Below the pieces are notes generated by a model that saw nothing but the letters and a program-made list of their open reading frames with translations, did no database searches and was not told the origin of the DNA. Made by a program: the position numbers and the translations under genes. This document shows positions 12,001 through 27,000 of a stretch of 64,000 nucleotides of DNA, in pieces. The stretch lies in assembly GCA_044892505.1 (NCBI GenBank), contig CM097884.1, positions 91,202,001 through 91,266,000 of the forward strand, written 5' to 3'. Numbering within the stretch: position 1 is the first letter of the stretch; each line of letters begins with the position of its first letter. The stretch comes from Schmidtea nova (lineage: Eukaryota).

Positions 12001-15000
12001 CAACTAGACGAACAACGACTCTGAAACCATGTGCCGTGAAACTCGTCATCAAAGATAAGCAATTGACAGGAATTACAGTGACACCAAAGATTTCCAAGAG
12101 TGATGTTAAAAAGTTGAGACCTGATTGGAAACATCCAAAACAAGGTGTTGAGTTCAAACGTGGAAAACACACAATTGTTGTCAAGATCGTCAAAGGCACT
12201 CACCAAAAGAAACCAAACAGAATCACAGCAGCCGGTTTGAAAGTAGTCAATGTCAATCCAGGCGACAAATTGAGCAAATACTTCAAGTCAGTTACAATTG
12301 TAATTACGAAACAAAAGTTCACAAGAGGTGGCAAACGAAAGACTGTCAAGAAAACGATTAAAGTCCCATTGAAAACAATTGTTGACGATTTGAGAAATGT
12401 GTTGAGAAAACCACATCATTATGTGAAGAAAGTGACATTCAAATTTGAAGTGACGAAAGTTGTTAAAGTGAAATTGGTTGTGAAAGGCTGTGTTGACAAA
12501 GTACCGACGCCACCAACATTGCGTCCAACAACTAAATCTACTCCAACTAGACCAGGAGCTACAACAACTACAACTAGACGAACAACGACTCTGAAACCAT
12601 GTGCCGTGAAACTCGTCATCAAAGATAAGCAATTGACAGGAATTACAGTGACACCAAAGATTTCCAAGAGTGATGTTAAAAAGTTGAGACCTGATTGGAA
12701 ACATCCAAAACAAGGTGTTGAGTTCAAACGTGGAAAACACACAATTGTTGTCAAGATCGTCAAAGGCACTCACCAAAAGAAACCAAACAGAATCACAGCA
12801 GCCGGTTTGAAAGTAGTCAATGTCAATCCAGGCGACAAATTGAGCAAATACTTCAAGTCAGTTACAATTGTAATTACGAAACAAAAGTTCACAAGAGGTG
12901 GCAAACGAAAGACTGTCAAGAAAACGATTAAAGTCCCATTGAAAACAATTGTTGACGATTTGAGAAATGTGTTGAGAAAACCACATCATTATGTGAAGAA
13001 AGTGACATTCAAATTTGAAGTGACGAAAGTTGTTAAAGTGAAATTGGTTGTGAAAGGCTGTGTTGACAAAGTACCGACGCCACCAACATTGCGTCCAACA
13101 ACTAAATCTACTCCAACTAGACCAGGAGCTACAACAACTACAACTAGACGAACAACGACTCTGAAACCATGTGCCGTGAAACTCGTCATCAAAGATAAGC
13201 AATTGACAGGAATTACAGTGACACCAAAGATTTCCAAGAGTGATGTTAAAAAGTTGAGACCTGATTGGAAACATCCAAAACAAGGTGTTGAGTTCAAACG
13301 TGGAAAACACACAATTGTTGTCAAGATCGTCAAAGGCACTCACCAAAAGAAACCAAACAGAATCACAGCAGCCGGTTTGAAAGTAGTCAATGTCAATCCA
13401 GGCGACAAATTGAGCAAATACTTCAAGTCAGTTACAATTGTAATTACGAAACAAAAGTTCACAAGAGGTGGCAAACGAAAGACTGTCAAGAAAACGATTA
13501 AAGTCCCATTGAAAACAATTGTTGACGATTTGAGAAATGTGTTGAGAAAACCACATCATTATGTGAAGAAAGTGACATTCAAATTTGAAGTGACGAAAGT
13601 TGTTAAAGTGAAATTGGTTGTGAAAGGCTGTGTTGACAAAGTACCGACGCCACCAACATTGCGTCCAACAACTAAATCTACTCCAACTAGACCAGGAGCT
13701 ACAACAACTACAACTAGACGAACAACGACTCTGAAACCATGTGCCGTGAAACTCGTCATCAAAGATAAGCAATTGACAGGAATTACAGTGACACCAAAGA
13801 TTTCCAAGAGTGATGTTAAAAAGTTGAGACCTGATTGGAAACATCCAAAACAAGGTGTTGAGTTCAAACGTGGAAAACACACAATTGTTGTCAAGATCGT
13901 CAAAGGCACTCACCAAAAGAAACCAAACAGAATCACAGCAGCCGGTTTGCAAGTAGTCAATGTCAATCCAGGCGACAAATTGAGCAAATACTTCAAGTCA
14001 GTTACAATTGTAATTACGAAACAAAAGTTCACAAGAGGTGGCAAACGAAAGACTGTCAAGAAAACGATTAAAGTCCCATTGAAAACAATTGTTGACGATT
14101 TGAAAAACGTTTTGAGAAAACCACATCATTATGTGAAGAAAGTGACAATCAAATTTGAAGTGACGAAAGTTGTTAAAGTGAAATTGGTTGTGAAAGGCTG
14201 TGTTGACAAAGTACCGACGCCACCAACATTGCGTCCAACAACTAAATCTACTCCAACTAGACCAGGAGCTACAACAACTACAACTAGACGAACAACGACT
14301 CTGAAACCATGTGCCGTGAAACTCGTCATCAAAGATAAGCAATTGACAGGAATTACAGTGACACCAAAGATTTCCAAGAGTGATGTTAAAAAGTTGAGAC
14401 CTGATTGGAAACATCCAAAACAAGGTGTTGAGTTCAAACGTGGAAAACACACAATTGTTGTCAAGATCGTCAAAGGCACTCACCAAAAGAAACCAAACAG
14501 AATCACAGCAGCCGGTTTGAAAGTAGTCAATGTCAATCCAGGCGACAAATTGAGCAAATACTTCAAGTCAGTTACAATTGTAATTACGAAACAAAAGTTC
14601 ACAAGAGGTGGCAAACGAAAGACTGTCAAGAAAACGATTAAAGTCCCATTGAAAACAATTGTTGACGATTTGAGAAATGTGTTGAGAAAACCACATCATT
14701 ATGTGAAGAAAGTGACATTCAAATTTGAAGTGACGAAAGTTGTTAAAGTGAAATTGGTTGTGAAAGGCTGTGTTGACAAAGTACCGACGCCACCAACATT
14801 GCGTCCAACAACTAAATCTACTCCAACTAGACCAGGAGCTACAACAACTACAACTAGACGAACAACGACTCTGAAACCATGTGCCGTGAAACTCGTCATC
14901 AAAGATAAGCAATTGACAGGAATTACAGTGACACCAAAGATTTCCAAGAGTGATGTTAAAAAGTTGAGACCTGATTGGAAACATCCAAAACAAGGTGTTG

Positions 15001-18000
15001 AGTTCAAACGTGGAAAACACACAATTGTTGTCAAGATCGTCAAAGGCACTCACCAAAAGAAACCAAACAGAATCACAGCAGCCGGTTTGAAAGTAGTCAA
15101 TGTCAATCCAGGCGACAAATTGAGCAAATACTTCAAGTCAGTTACAATTGTAATTACGAAACAAAAGTTCACAAGAGGTGGCAAACGAAAGACTGTCAAG
15201 AAAACGATTAAAGTCCCATTGAAAACAATTGTTGACGATTTGAGAAATGTGTTGAGAAAACCACATCATTATGTGAAGAAAGTGACATTCAAATTTGAAG
15301 TGACGAAAGTTGTTAAAGTGAAATTGGTTGTGAAAGGCTGTGTTGACAAAGTACCGACGCCACCAACATTGCGTCCAACAACTAAATCTACTCCAACTAG
15401 ACCAGGAGCTACAACAACTACAACTAGACGAACAACGACTCTGAAACCATGTGCCGTGAAACTCGTCATCAAAGATAAGCAATTGACAGGAATTACAGTG
15501 ACACCAAAGATTTCCAAGAGTGATGTTAAAAAGTTGAGACCTGATTGGAAACATCCAAAACAAGGTGTTGAGTTCAAACGTGGAAAACACACAATTGTTG
15601 TCAAGATCGTCAAAGGCACTCACCAAAAGAAACCAAACAGAATCACAGCAGCCGGTTTGAAAGTAGTCAATGTCAATCCAGGCGACAAATTGAGCAAATA
15701 CTTCAAGTCAGTTACAATTGTAATTACGAAACAAAAGTTCACAAGAGGTGGCAAACGAAAGACTGTCAAGAAAACGATTAAAGTCCCATTGAAAACAATT
15801 GTTGACGATTTGAGAAATGTGTTGAGAAAACCACATCATTATGTGAAGAAAGTGACATTCAAATTTGAAGTGACGAAAGTTGTTAAAGTGAAATTGGTTG
15901 TGAAAGGCTGTGTTGACAAAGTACCGACGCCACCAACATTGCGTCCAACAACTAAATCTACTCCAACTAGACCAGGAGCTACAACAACTACAACTAGACG
16001 AACAACGACTCTGAAACCATGTGCCGTGAAACTCGTCATCAAAGATAAGCAATTGACAGGAATTACAGTGACACCAAAGATTTCCAAGAGTGATGTTAAA
16101 AAGTTGAGACCTGATTGGAAACATCCAAAACAAGGTGTTGAGTTCAAACGTGGAAAACACACAATTGTTGTCAAGATCGTCAAAGGCACTCACCAAAAGA
16201 AACCAAACAGAATCACAGCAGCCGGTTTGAAAGTAGTCAATGTCAATCCAGGCGACAAATTGAGCAAATACTTCAAGTCAGTTACAATTGTAATTACGAA
16301 ACAAAAGTTCACAAGAGGTGGCAAACGAAAGACTGTCAAGAAAACGATTAAAGTCCCATTGAAAACAATTGTTGACGATTTGAGAAATGTGTTGAGAAAA
16401 CCACATCATTATGTGAAGAAAGTGACATTCAAATTTGAAGTGACAAAAGTTGTTAAAGTGAAATTGGTTGTGAAAGGCTGTGTTGACAAAGTACCGACGC
16501 CACCAACATTGCGTCCAACAACTAAATCTACTCCAACTAGACCAGGAGCTACAACAACTACAACTAGACGAACAACGACTCTGAAACCATGTGCCGTGAA
16601 ACTCGTCATCAAAGATAAGCAATTGACAGGAATTACAGTGACACCAAAGATTTCCAAGAGTGATGTTAAAAAGTTGAGACCTGATTGGAAACATCCAAAA
16701 CAAGGTGTTGAGTTCAAACGTGGAAAACACACAATTGTTGTCAAGATCGTCAAAGGCACTCACCAAAAGAAACCAAACAGAATCACAGCAGCCGGTTTGA
16801 AAGTAGTCAATGTCAATCCAGGCGACAAATTGAGCAAATACTTCAAGTCAGTTACAATTGTAATTACGAAACAAAAGTTCACAAGAGGTGGCAAACGAAA
16901 GACTGTCAAGAAAACGATTAAAGTCCCATTGAAAACAATTGTTGACGATTTGAGAAATGTGTTGAGAAAACCACATCATTATGTGAAGAAAGTGACATTC
17001 AAATTTGAAGTGACAAAAGTTGTTAAAGTGAAATTGGTTGTGAAAGGCTGTGTTGACAAAGTACCGACGCCACCAACATTGCGTCCAACAACTAAATCTA
17101 CTCCAACTAGACCAGGAGCTACAACAACTACAACTAGACGAACAACGACTCTGAAACCATGTGCCGTGAAACTCGTCATCAAAGATAAGCAATTGACAGG
17201 AATTACAGTGACACCAAAGATTTCCAAGAGTGATGTTAAAAAGTTGAGACCTGATTGGAAACATCCAAAACAAGGTGTTGAGTTCAAACGTGGAAAACAC
17301 ACAATTGTTGTCAAGATCGTCAAAGGCACTCACCAAAAGAAACCAAACAGAATCACAGCAGCCGGTTTGAAAGTAGTCAATGTCAATCCAGGCGACAAAT
17401 TGAGCAAATACTTCAAGTCAGTTACAATTGTAATTACGAAACAAAAGTTCACAAGAGGTGGCAAACGAAAGACTGTCAAGAAAACGATTAAAGTCCCATT
17501 GAAAACAATTGTTGACGATTTGAGAAATGTGTTGAGAAAACCACATCATTATGTGAAGAAAGTGACATTCAAATTTGAAGTGACGAAAGTTGTTAAAGTG
17601 AAATTGGTTGTGAAAGGCTGTGTTGACAAAGTACCGACGCCACCAACATTGCGTCCAACAACTAAATCTACTCCAACTAGACCAGGAGCTACAACAACTA
17701 CAACTAGACGAACAACGACTCTGAAACCATGTGCCGTGAAACTCGTCATCAAAGATAAGCAATTGACAGGAATTACAGTGACACCAAAGATTTCCAAGAG
17801 TGATGTTAAAAAGTTGAGACCTGATTGGAAACATCCAAAACAAGGTGTTGAGTTCAAACGTGGAAAACACACAATTGTTGTCAAGATCGTCAAAGGCACT
17901 CACCAAAAGAAACCAAACAGAATCACAGCAGCCGGTTTGAAAGTAGTCAATGTCAATCCAGGCGACAAATTGAGCAAATACTTCAAGTCAGTTACAATTG

Positions 18001-21000
18001 TAATTACGAAACAAAAGTTCACAAGAGGTGGCAAACGAAAGACTGTCAAGAAAACGATTAAAGTCCCATTGAAAACAATTGTTGACGATTTGAGAAATGT
18101 GTTGAGAAAACCACATCATTATGTGAAGAAAGTGACATTCAAATTTGAAGTGACGAAAGTTGTTAAAGTGAAATTGGTTGTGAAAGGCTGTGTTGACAAA
18201 GTACCGACGCCACCAACATTGCGTCCAACAACTAAATCTACTCCAACTAGACCAGGAGCTACAACAACTACAACTAGACGAACAACGACTCTGAAACCAT
18301 GTGCCGTGAAACTCGTCATCAAAGATAAGCAATTGACAGGAATTACAGTGACACCAAAGATTTCCAAGAGTGATGTTAAAAAGTTGAGACCTGATTGGAA
18401 ACATCCAAAACAAGGTGTTGAGTTCAAACGTGGAAAACACACAATTGTTGTCAAGATCGTCAAAGGCACTCACCAAAAGAAACCAAACAGAATCACAGCA
18501 GCCGGTTTGAAAGTAGTCAATGTCAATCCAGGCGACAAATTGAGCAAATACTTCAAGTCAGTTACAATTGTAATTACGAAACAAAAGTTCACAAGAGGTG
18601 GCAAACGAAAGACTGTCAAGAAAACGATTAAAGTCCCATTGAAAACAATTGTTGACGATTTGAGAAATGTGTTGAGAAAACCACATCATTATGTGAAGAA
18701 AGTGACATTCAAATTTGAAGTGACGAAAGTTGTTAAAGTGAATTTGGTTGTGAAAGGCTGTGTTGACAAAGTACCGACGCCACCAACATTGCGTCCAACA
18801 ACTAAATCTACTCCAACTAGACCAGGAGCTACAACAACTACAACTAGACGAACAACGACTCTGAAACCATGTGCCGTGAAACTCGTCATCAAAGATAAGC
18901 AATTGACAGGAATTACAGTGACACCAAAGATTTCCAAGAGTGATGTTAAAAAGTTGAGACCTGATTGGAAACATCCAAAACAAGGTGTTGAGTTCAAACG
19001 TGGAAAACACACAATTGTTGTCAAGATCGTCAAAGGCACTCACCAAAAGAAACCAAACAGAATCACAGCAGCCGGTTTGCAAGTAGTCAATGTCAATCCA
19101 GGCGACAAATTGAGCAAATACTTCAAGTCAGTTACAATTGTAATTACGAAACAAAAGTTCACAAGAGGTGGCAAACGAAAGACTTTCAAGAAAACGATTA
19201 AAGTCCCATTGAAAACAATTGTTGACGATTTGAAAAACGTTTTGAGAAAACCACATCATTATGTGAAGAAAGTGACAATCAAATTTGAAGTGACGAAAGT
19301 TGTTAAAGTGAAATTGGTTGTGAAAGGCTGTGTTGACAAAGTACCGACGCCACCAACATTGCGTCCAACAACTAAATCTACTCCAACTAGACCAGGAGCT
19401 ACAACAACTACAACTAGACGAACAACGACTCTGAAACCATGTGCCGTGAAACTCGTCATCAAAGATAAGCAATTGACAGGAATTACAGTGACACCAAAGA
19501 TTTCCAAGAGTGATGTTAAAAAGTTGAGACCTGATTGGAAACATCCAAAACAAGGTGTTGAGTTCAAACGTGGAAAACACACAATTGTTGTCAAGATCGT
19601 CAAAGGCACTCACCAAAAGAAACCAAACAGAATCACAGCAGCCGGTTTGCAAGTAGTCAATGTCAATCCAGGCGACAAATTGAGCAAATACTTCAAGTCA
19701 GTTACAATTGTAATTACGAAACAAAAGTTCACAAGAGGTGGCAAACGAAAGACTGTCAAGAAAACGATTAAAGTCCCATTGAAAACAATTGTTGACGATT
19801 TGAAAAACGTTTTGAGAAAACCACATCATTATGTGAAGAAAGTGACAATCAAATTTGAAGTGACGAAAGTTGTTAAAGTGAAATTGGTTGTGAAAGGCTG
19901 TGTTGACAAAGTACCGACGCCACCAACATTGCGTCCAACAACTAAATCTACTCCAACTAGACCAGGAGCTACAACAACTACAACTAGACGAACAACGACT
20001 CTGAAACCATGTGCCGTGAAACTCATCATCAAAGATAAGCAATTGACAGGAATTACAGTGACACCAAAGATTTCCAAGAGTGATGTTAAAAAGTTGAGAC
20101 CTGATTGGAAACATCCAAAACAAGGTGTTGAGTTCAAACGTGGAAAACACACAATTGTTGTCAAGATCGTCAAAGGCACTCACCAAAAGAAACCAAACAG
20201 AATCACAGCAGCCGGTTTGAAAGTAGTCAATGTCAATCCAGGCGACAAATTGAGCAAATACTTCAAGTCAGTTACAATTGTAATTACGAAACAAAAGTTC
20301 ACAAGAGGTGGCAAACGAAAGACTGTCAAGAAAACGATTAAAGTCCCATTGAAAACAATTGTTGACGATTTGAGAAATGTGTTGAGAAAACCACATCATT
20401 ATGTGAAGAAAGTGACATTCAAATTTGAAGTGACGAAAGTTGTTAAAGTGAAATTGGTTGTGAAAGGCTGTGTTGACAAAGTACCGACGCCACCAACATT
20501 GCGTCCAACAACTAAATCTACTCCAACTAGACCAGGAGCTACAACAACTACAACTAGACGAACAACGACTCTGAAACCATGTGCCGTGAAACTCGTCATC
20601 AAAGATAAGCAATTGACAGGAATTACAGTGACACCAAAGATTTCCAAGAGTGATGTTAAAAAGTTGAGACCTGATTGGAAACATCCAAAACAAGGTGTTG
20701 AGTTCAAACGTGGAAAACACACAATTGTTGTCAAGATCGTCAAAGGCACTCACCAAAAGAAACCAAACAGAATCACAGCAGCCGGTTTGAAAGTAGTCAA
20801 TGTCAATCCAGGCGACAAATTGAGCAAATACTTCAAGTCAGTTACAATTGTAATTACGAAACAAAAGTTCACAAGAGGTGGCAAACGAAAGACTGTCAAG
20901 AAAACGATTAAAGTCCCATTGAAAACAATTTTTGACGATTTGAAAAACGTTTTGAGAAAACCACATCATTATGTGAAGAAAGTGACAATCAAATTTGAAG

Positions 21001-24000
21001 TGACGAAAGTTGTTAAAGTGAAATTGGTTGTGAAAGGCTGTGTTGACAAAGTACCGACGCCGCCAACATTGCGTCCAACAACTAAATCTACTCCAACTAG
21101 ACCAGGAGCTACAACAACTACAACTAGACGAACAACGACTCTGAAACCATGTGCCGTGAAACTCGTCATCAAAGATAAGCAATTGACAGGAATTACAGTG
21201 ACACCAAAGATTTCCAAGAGTGATGTTAAAAAGTTGAGACCTGATTGGAAACATCCAAAACAAGGTGTTGAGTTCAAACGTGGAAAACACACAATTGTTG
21301 TCAAGATCGTCAAAGGCACTCACCAAAAGAAACCAAACAGAATCACAGCAGCCGGTTTGAAAGTAGTCAATGTCAATCCAGGCGACAAATTGAGCAAATA
21401 CTTCAAGTCAGTTACAATTGTAATTACGAAACAAAAGTTCACAAGAGGTGGCAAACGAAAGACTGTCAAGAAAACGATTAAAGTCCCATTGAAAACAATT
21501 TTTGACGATTTGAAAAACGTTTTGAGAAAACCACATCATTATGTGAAGAAAGTGACAATCAAATTTGAAGTGACGAAAGTTGTTAAAGTGAAATTGGTTG
21601 TGAAAGGCTGTGTTGACAAAGTACCGACGCCGCCAACATTGCGTCCAACAACTAAATCTACTCCAACTAGACCAGGAGCTACAACAACTACAACTAGACG
21701 AACAACGACTCTGAAACCATGTGCCGTGAAACTCGTCATCAAAGATAAGCAATTGACAGGAATTACAGTGACACCAAAGATTTCCAAGAGTGATGTTAAA
21801 AAGTTGAGACCTGATTGGAAACATCCAAAACAAGGTGTTGAGTTCAAACGTGGAAAACACACAATTGTTGTCAAGATCGTCAAAGGCACTCACCAAAAGA
21901 AACCAAACAGAATCACAGCAGCCGGTTTGAAAGTAGTCAATGTCAATCCAGGCGACAAATTGAGCAAATACTTCAAGTCAGTTACAATTGTAATTACGAA
22001 ACAAAAGTTCACAAGAGGTGGCAAACGAAAGACTGTCAAGAAAACGATTAAAGTCCCATTGAAAACAATTGTTGACGATTTGAGAAATGTGTTGAGAAAA
22101 CCACATCATTATGTGAAGAAAGTGACATTCAAATTTGAAGTGACGAAAGTTGTTAAAGTGAAATTGGTTGTGAAAGGCTGTGTTGACAAAGTACCGACGC
22201 CACCAACATTGCGTCCAACAACTAAATCTACTCCAACTAGACCAGGAGCTACAACAACTACAACTAGACGAACAACGACTCTGAAACCATGTGCCGTGAA
22301 ACTCGTCATCAAAGATAAGCAATTGACAGGAATTACAGTGACACCAAAGATTTCCAAGAGTGATGTTAAAAAGTTGAGACCTGATTGGAAACATCCAAAA
22401 CAAGGTGTTGAGTTCAAACGTGGAAAACACACAATTGTTGTCAAGATCGTCAAAGGCACTCACCAAAAGAAACCAAACAGAATCACAGCAGCCGGTTTGA
22501 AAGTAGTCAATGTCAATCCAGGCGACAAATTGAGCAAATACTTCAAGTCAGTTACAATTGTAATTACGAAACAAAAGTTCACAAGAGGTGGCAAACGAAA
22601 GACTGTCAAGAAAACGATTAAAGTCCCATTGAAAACAATTGTTGACGATTTGAAAAACGTTTTGAGAAAACCACATCATTATGTGAAGAAAGTGACAATC
22701 AAATTTGAAGTGACGAAAGTTGTTAAAGTGAAATTGGTTGTGAAAGGCTGTGTTGACAAAGTACCGACGCCACCAACATTGCGTCCAACAACTAAATCTA
22801 CTCCAACTAGACCAGGAGCTACAACAACTACAACTAGACGAACAACGACTCTGAAACCATGTGCCGTGAAACTCGTCATCAAAGATAAGCAATTGACAGG
22901 AATTACAGTGACACCAAAGATTTCCAAGAGTGATGTTAAAAAGTTGAGACCTGATTGGAAACATCCAAAACAAGGTGTTGAGTTCAAACGTGGAAAACAC
23001 ACAATTGTTGTCAAGATCGTCAAAGGCACTCACCAAAAGAAACCAAACAGAATCACAGCAGCCGGTTTGCAAGTAGTCAATGTCAATCCAGGCGACAAAT
23101 TGAGCAAATACTTCAAGTCAGTTACAATTGTAATTACGAAACAAAAGTTCACAAGAGGTGGCAAACGAAAGACTGTCAAGAAAACGATTAAAGTCCCATT
23201 GAAAACAATTGTTTACGATTTGAAAAACGTTTTGAGAAAACCACATCATTATGTGAAGAAAGTGACAATCAAATTTGAAGTGACGAAAGTTGTTAAAGTG
23301 AAATTGGTTGTGAAAGGCTGTGTTGACAAAGTACCGACGCCACCAACATTGCGTCCAACAACTAAATCTACTCCAACTAGACCAGGAGCTACAACAACTA
23401 CAACTAGACGAACAACGACTCTGAAACCATGTGCCGTGAAACTCGTCATCAAAGATAAGCAATTGACAGGAATTACAGTGACACCAAAGATTTCCAAGAG
23501 TGATGTTAAAAAGTTGAGACCTGATTGGAAACATCCAAAACAAGGTGTTGAGTTCAAACGTGGAAAACACACAATTGTTGTCAAGATCGTCAAAGGCACT
23601 CACCAAAAGAAACCAAACAGAATCACAGCAGCCGGTTTGAAAGTAGTCAATGTCAATCCAGGCGACAAATTGAGCAAATACTTCAAGTCAGTTACAATTG
23701 TAATTACGAAACAAAAGTTCACAAGAGGTGGCAAACGAAAGACTGTCAAGAAAACGATTAAAGTCCCATTGAAAACAATTGTTGACGATTTGAGAAATGT
23801 GTTGAGAAAACCACATCATTATGTGAAGAAAGTGACATTCAAATTTGAAGTGACGAAAGTTGTTAAAGTGAAATTGGTTGTGAAAGGCTGTGTTGACAAA
23901 GTACCGACGCCACCAACATTGCGTCCAACAACTAAATCTACTCCAACTAGACCAGGAGCTACAACAACTACAACTAGACGAACAACGACTCTGAAACCAT

Positions 24001-27000
24001 GTGCCGTGAAACTCGTCATCAAAGATAAGCAATTGACAGGAATTACAGTGACACCAAAGATTTCCAAGAGTGATGTTAAAAAGTTGAGACCTGATTGGAA
24101 ACATCCAAAACAAGGTGTTGAGTTCAAACGTGGAAAACACACAATTGTTGTCAAGATCGTCAAAGGCACTCACCAAAAGAAACCAAACAGAATCACAGCA
24201 GCCGGTTTGAAAGTAGTCAATGTCAATCCAGGCGACAAATTGAGCAAATACTTCAAGTCAGTTACAATTGTAATTACGAAACAAAAGTTCACAAGAGGTG
24301 GCAAACGAAAGACTGTCAAGAAAACGATTAAAGTCCCATTGAAAACAATTGTTGACGATTTGAAAAACGTTTTGAGAAAACCACATCATTATGTGAAGAA
24401 AGTGACAATCAAATTTGAAGTGACGAAAGTTGTTAAAGTGAAATTGGTTGTGAAAGGCTGTGTTGACAAAGTACCGACGCCACCAACATTGCGTCCAACA
24501 ACTAAATCTACTCCAACTAGACCAGGAGCTACAACAACTACAACTAGACGAACAACGACTCTGAAACCATGTGCCGTGAAACTCGTCATCAAAGATAAGC
24601 AATTGACAGGAATTACAGTGACACCAAAGATTTCCAAGAGTGATGTTAAAAAGTTGAGACCTGATTGGAAACATCCAAAACAAGGTGTTGAGTTCAAACG
24701 TGGAAAACACACAATTGTTGTCAAGATCGTCAAAGGCACTCACCAAAAGAAACCAAACAGAATCACAGCAGCCGGTTTGCAAGTAGTCAATGTCAATCCA
24801 GGCGACAAATTGAGCAAATACTTCAAGTCAGTTACAATTGTAATTACGAAACAAAAGTTCACAAGAGGTGGCAAACGAAAGACTGTCAAGAAAACGATTA
24901 AAGTCCCATTGAAAACAATTGTTGACGATTTGAAAAACGTTTTGAGAAAACCACATCATTATGTGAAGAAAGTGACAATCAAATTTGAAGTGACGAAAGT
25001 TGTTAAAGTGAAATTGGTTGTGAAAGGCTGTGTTGACAAAGTACCGACGCCGCCAACATTGCGTCCAACAACTAAATCTACTCCAACTAGACCAGGAGCT
25101 ACAACAAATACAACTAGACGAACAACGACTCTGAAACCATGTGCCGTGAAACTCGTCATCAAAGATAAGCAATTGACAGGAATTACAGTGACACCAAAGA
25201 TTTCCAAGAGTGATGTTAAAAAGTTGAGACCTGATTGGAAACATCCAAAACAAGGTGTTGAGTTCAAACGTGGAAAACACACAATTGTTGTCAAGATCGT
25301 CAAAGGCACTCACCAAAAGAAACCAAACAGAATCACAGCAGCCGGTTTGAAAGCAGTCAATGTCAATCCAGGCGACAAATTGAGCAAATACTTCAAGTCA
25401 GTTACAATTGTAATTACGAAACAAAAGTTCACAAGAGGTGGCAAACGAAAGACTGTCAAGAAAACGATTAAAGTCCCATTGAAAACAATTTTTGACGATT
25501 TGAAAAACGTTTTGAGAAAACCACATCATTATGTGAAGAAAGTGACAATCCAATTTGAAGTGACGAAAGTTGTTAAAGTGAAATTGGTTGTGAAAGGCTG
25601 TGTTGACAAAGTACCGACGCCGCCAACATTGCGTCCAACAACTAAATCTACTCCAACTAGACCAGGAGCTACAACAACTACAACTAGACGAACAACGACT
25701 CTGAAACCATGTGCCGTGAAACTCGTCATCAAAGATAAGCAATTGACAGGAATTACAGTGACACCAAAGATTTCCAAGAGTGATGTTAAAAAGTTGAGAC
25801 CTGATTGGAAACATCCAAAACAAGGTGTTGAGTTCAAACGTGGAAAACACACAATTGTTGTCAAGATCGTCAAAGGCACTCACCAAAAGAAACCAAACAG
25901 AATCACAGCAGCCGGTTTGAAAGTAGTCAATGTCAATCCAGGCGACAAATTGAGCAAATACTTCAAGTCAGTTACAATTGTAATTACGAAACAAAAGTTC
26001 ACAAGAGGTGGCAAACGAAAGACTGTCAAGAAAACGATTAAAGTCCCATTGAAAACAATTGTTGACGATTTGAGAAATGTGTTGAGAAAACCACATCATT
26101 ATGTGAAGAAAGTGACATTCAAATTTGAAGTGACGAAAGTTGTTAAAGTGAAATTGGTTGTGAAAGGCTGTGTTGACAAAGTACCGACGCCACCAACATT
26201 GCGTCCAACAACTAAATCTACTCCAACTAGACCAGGAGCTACAACAACTACAACTAGACGAACAACGACTCTGAAACCATGTGCCGTGAAACTCGTCATC
26301 AAAGATAAGCAATTGACAGGAATTACAGTGACACCAAAGATTTCCAAGAGTGATGTTAAAAAGTTGAGACCTGATTGGAAACATCCAAAACAAGGTGTTG
26401 AGTTCAAACGTGGAAAACACACAATTGTTGTCAAGATCGTCAAAGGCACTCACCAAAAGAAACCAAACAGAATCACAGCAGCCGGTTTGCAAGTAGTCAA
26501 TGTCAATCCAGGCGACAAATTGAGCAAATACTTCAAGTCAGTTACAATTGTAATTACGAAACAAAAGTTCACAAGAGGTGGCAAACGAAAGACTGTCAAG
26601 AAAACGATTAAAGTCCCATTGAAAACAATTGTTGACGATTTGAAAAACGTTTTGAGAAAACCACATCATTATGTGAAGAAAGTGACAATCAAATTTGAAG
26701 TGACGAAAGTTGTTAAAGTGAAATTGGTTGTGAAAGGCTGTGTTGACAAAGTACCGACGCCACCAACATTGCGTCCAACAACTAAATCTACTCCAACTAG
26801 ACCAGGAGCTACAACAACTACAACTAGACGAACAACGACTCTGAAACCATGTGCCGTGAAACTCGTCATCAAAGATAAGCAATTGACAGGAATTACAGTG
26901 ACACCAAAGATTTCCAAGAGTGATGTTAAAAAGTTGAGACCTGATTGGAAACATCCAAAACAAGGTGTTGAGTTCAAACGTGGAAAACACACAATTGTTG

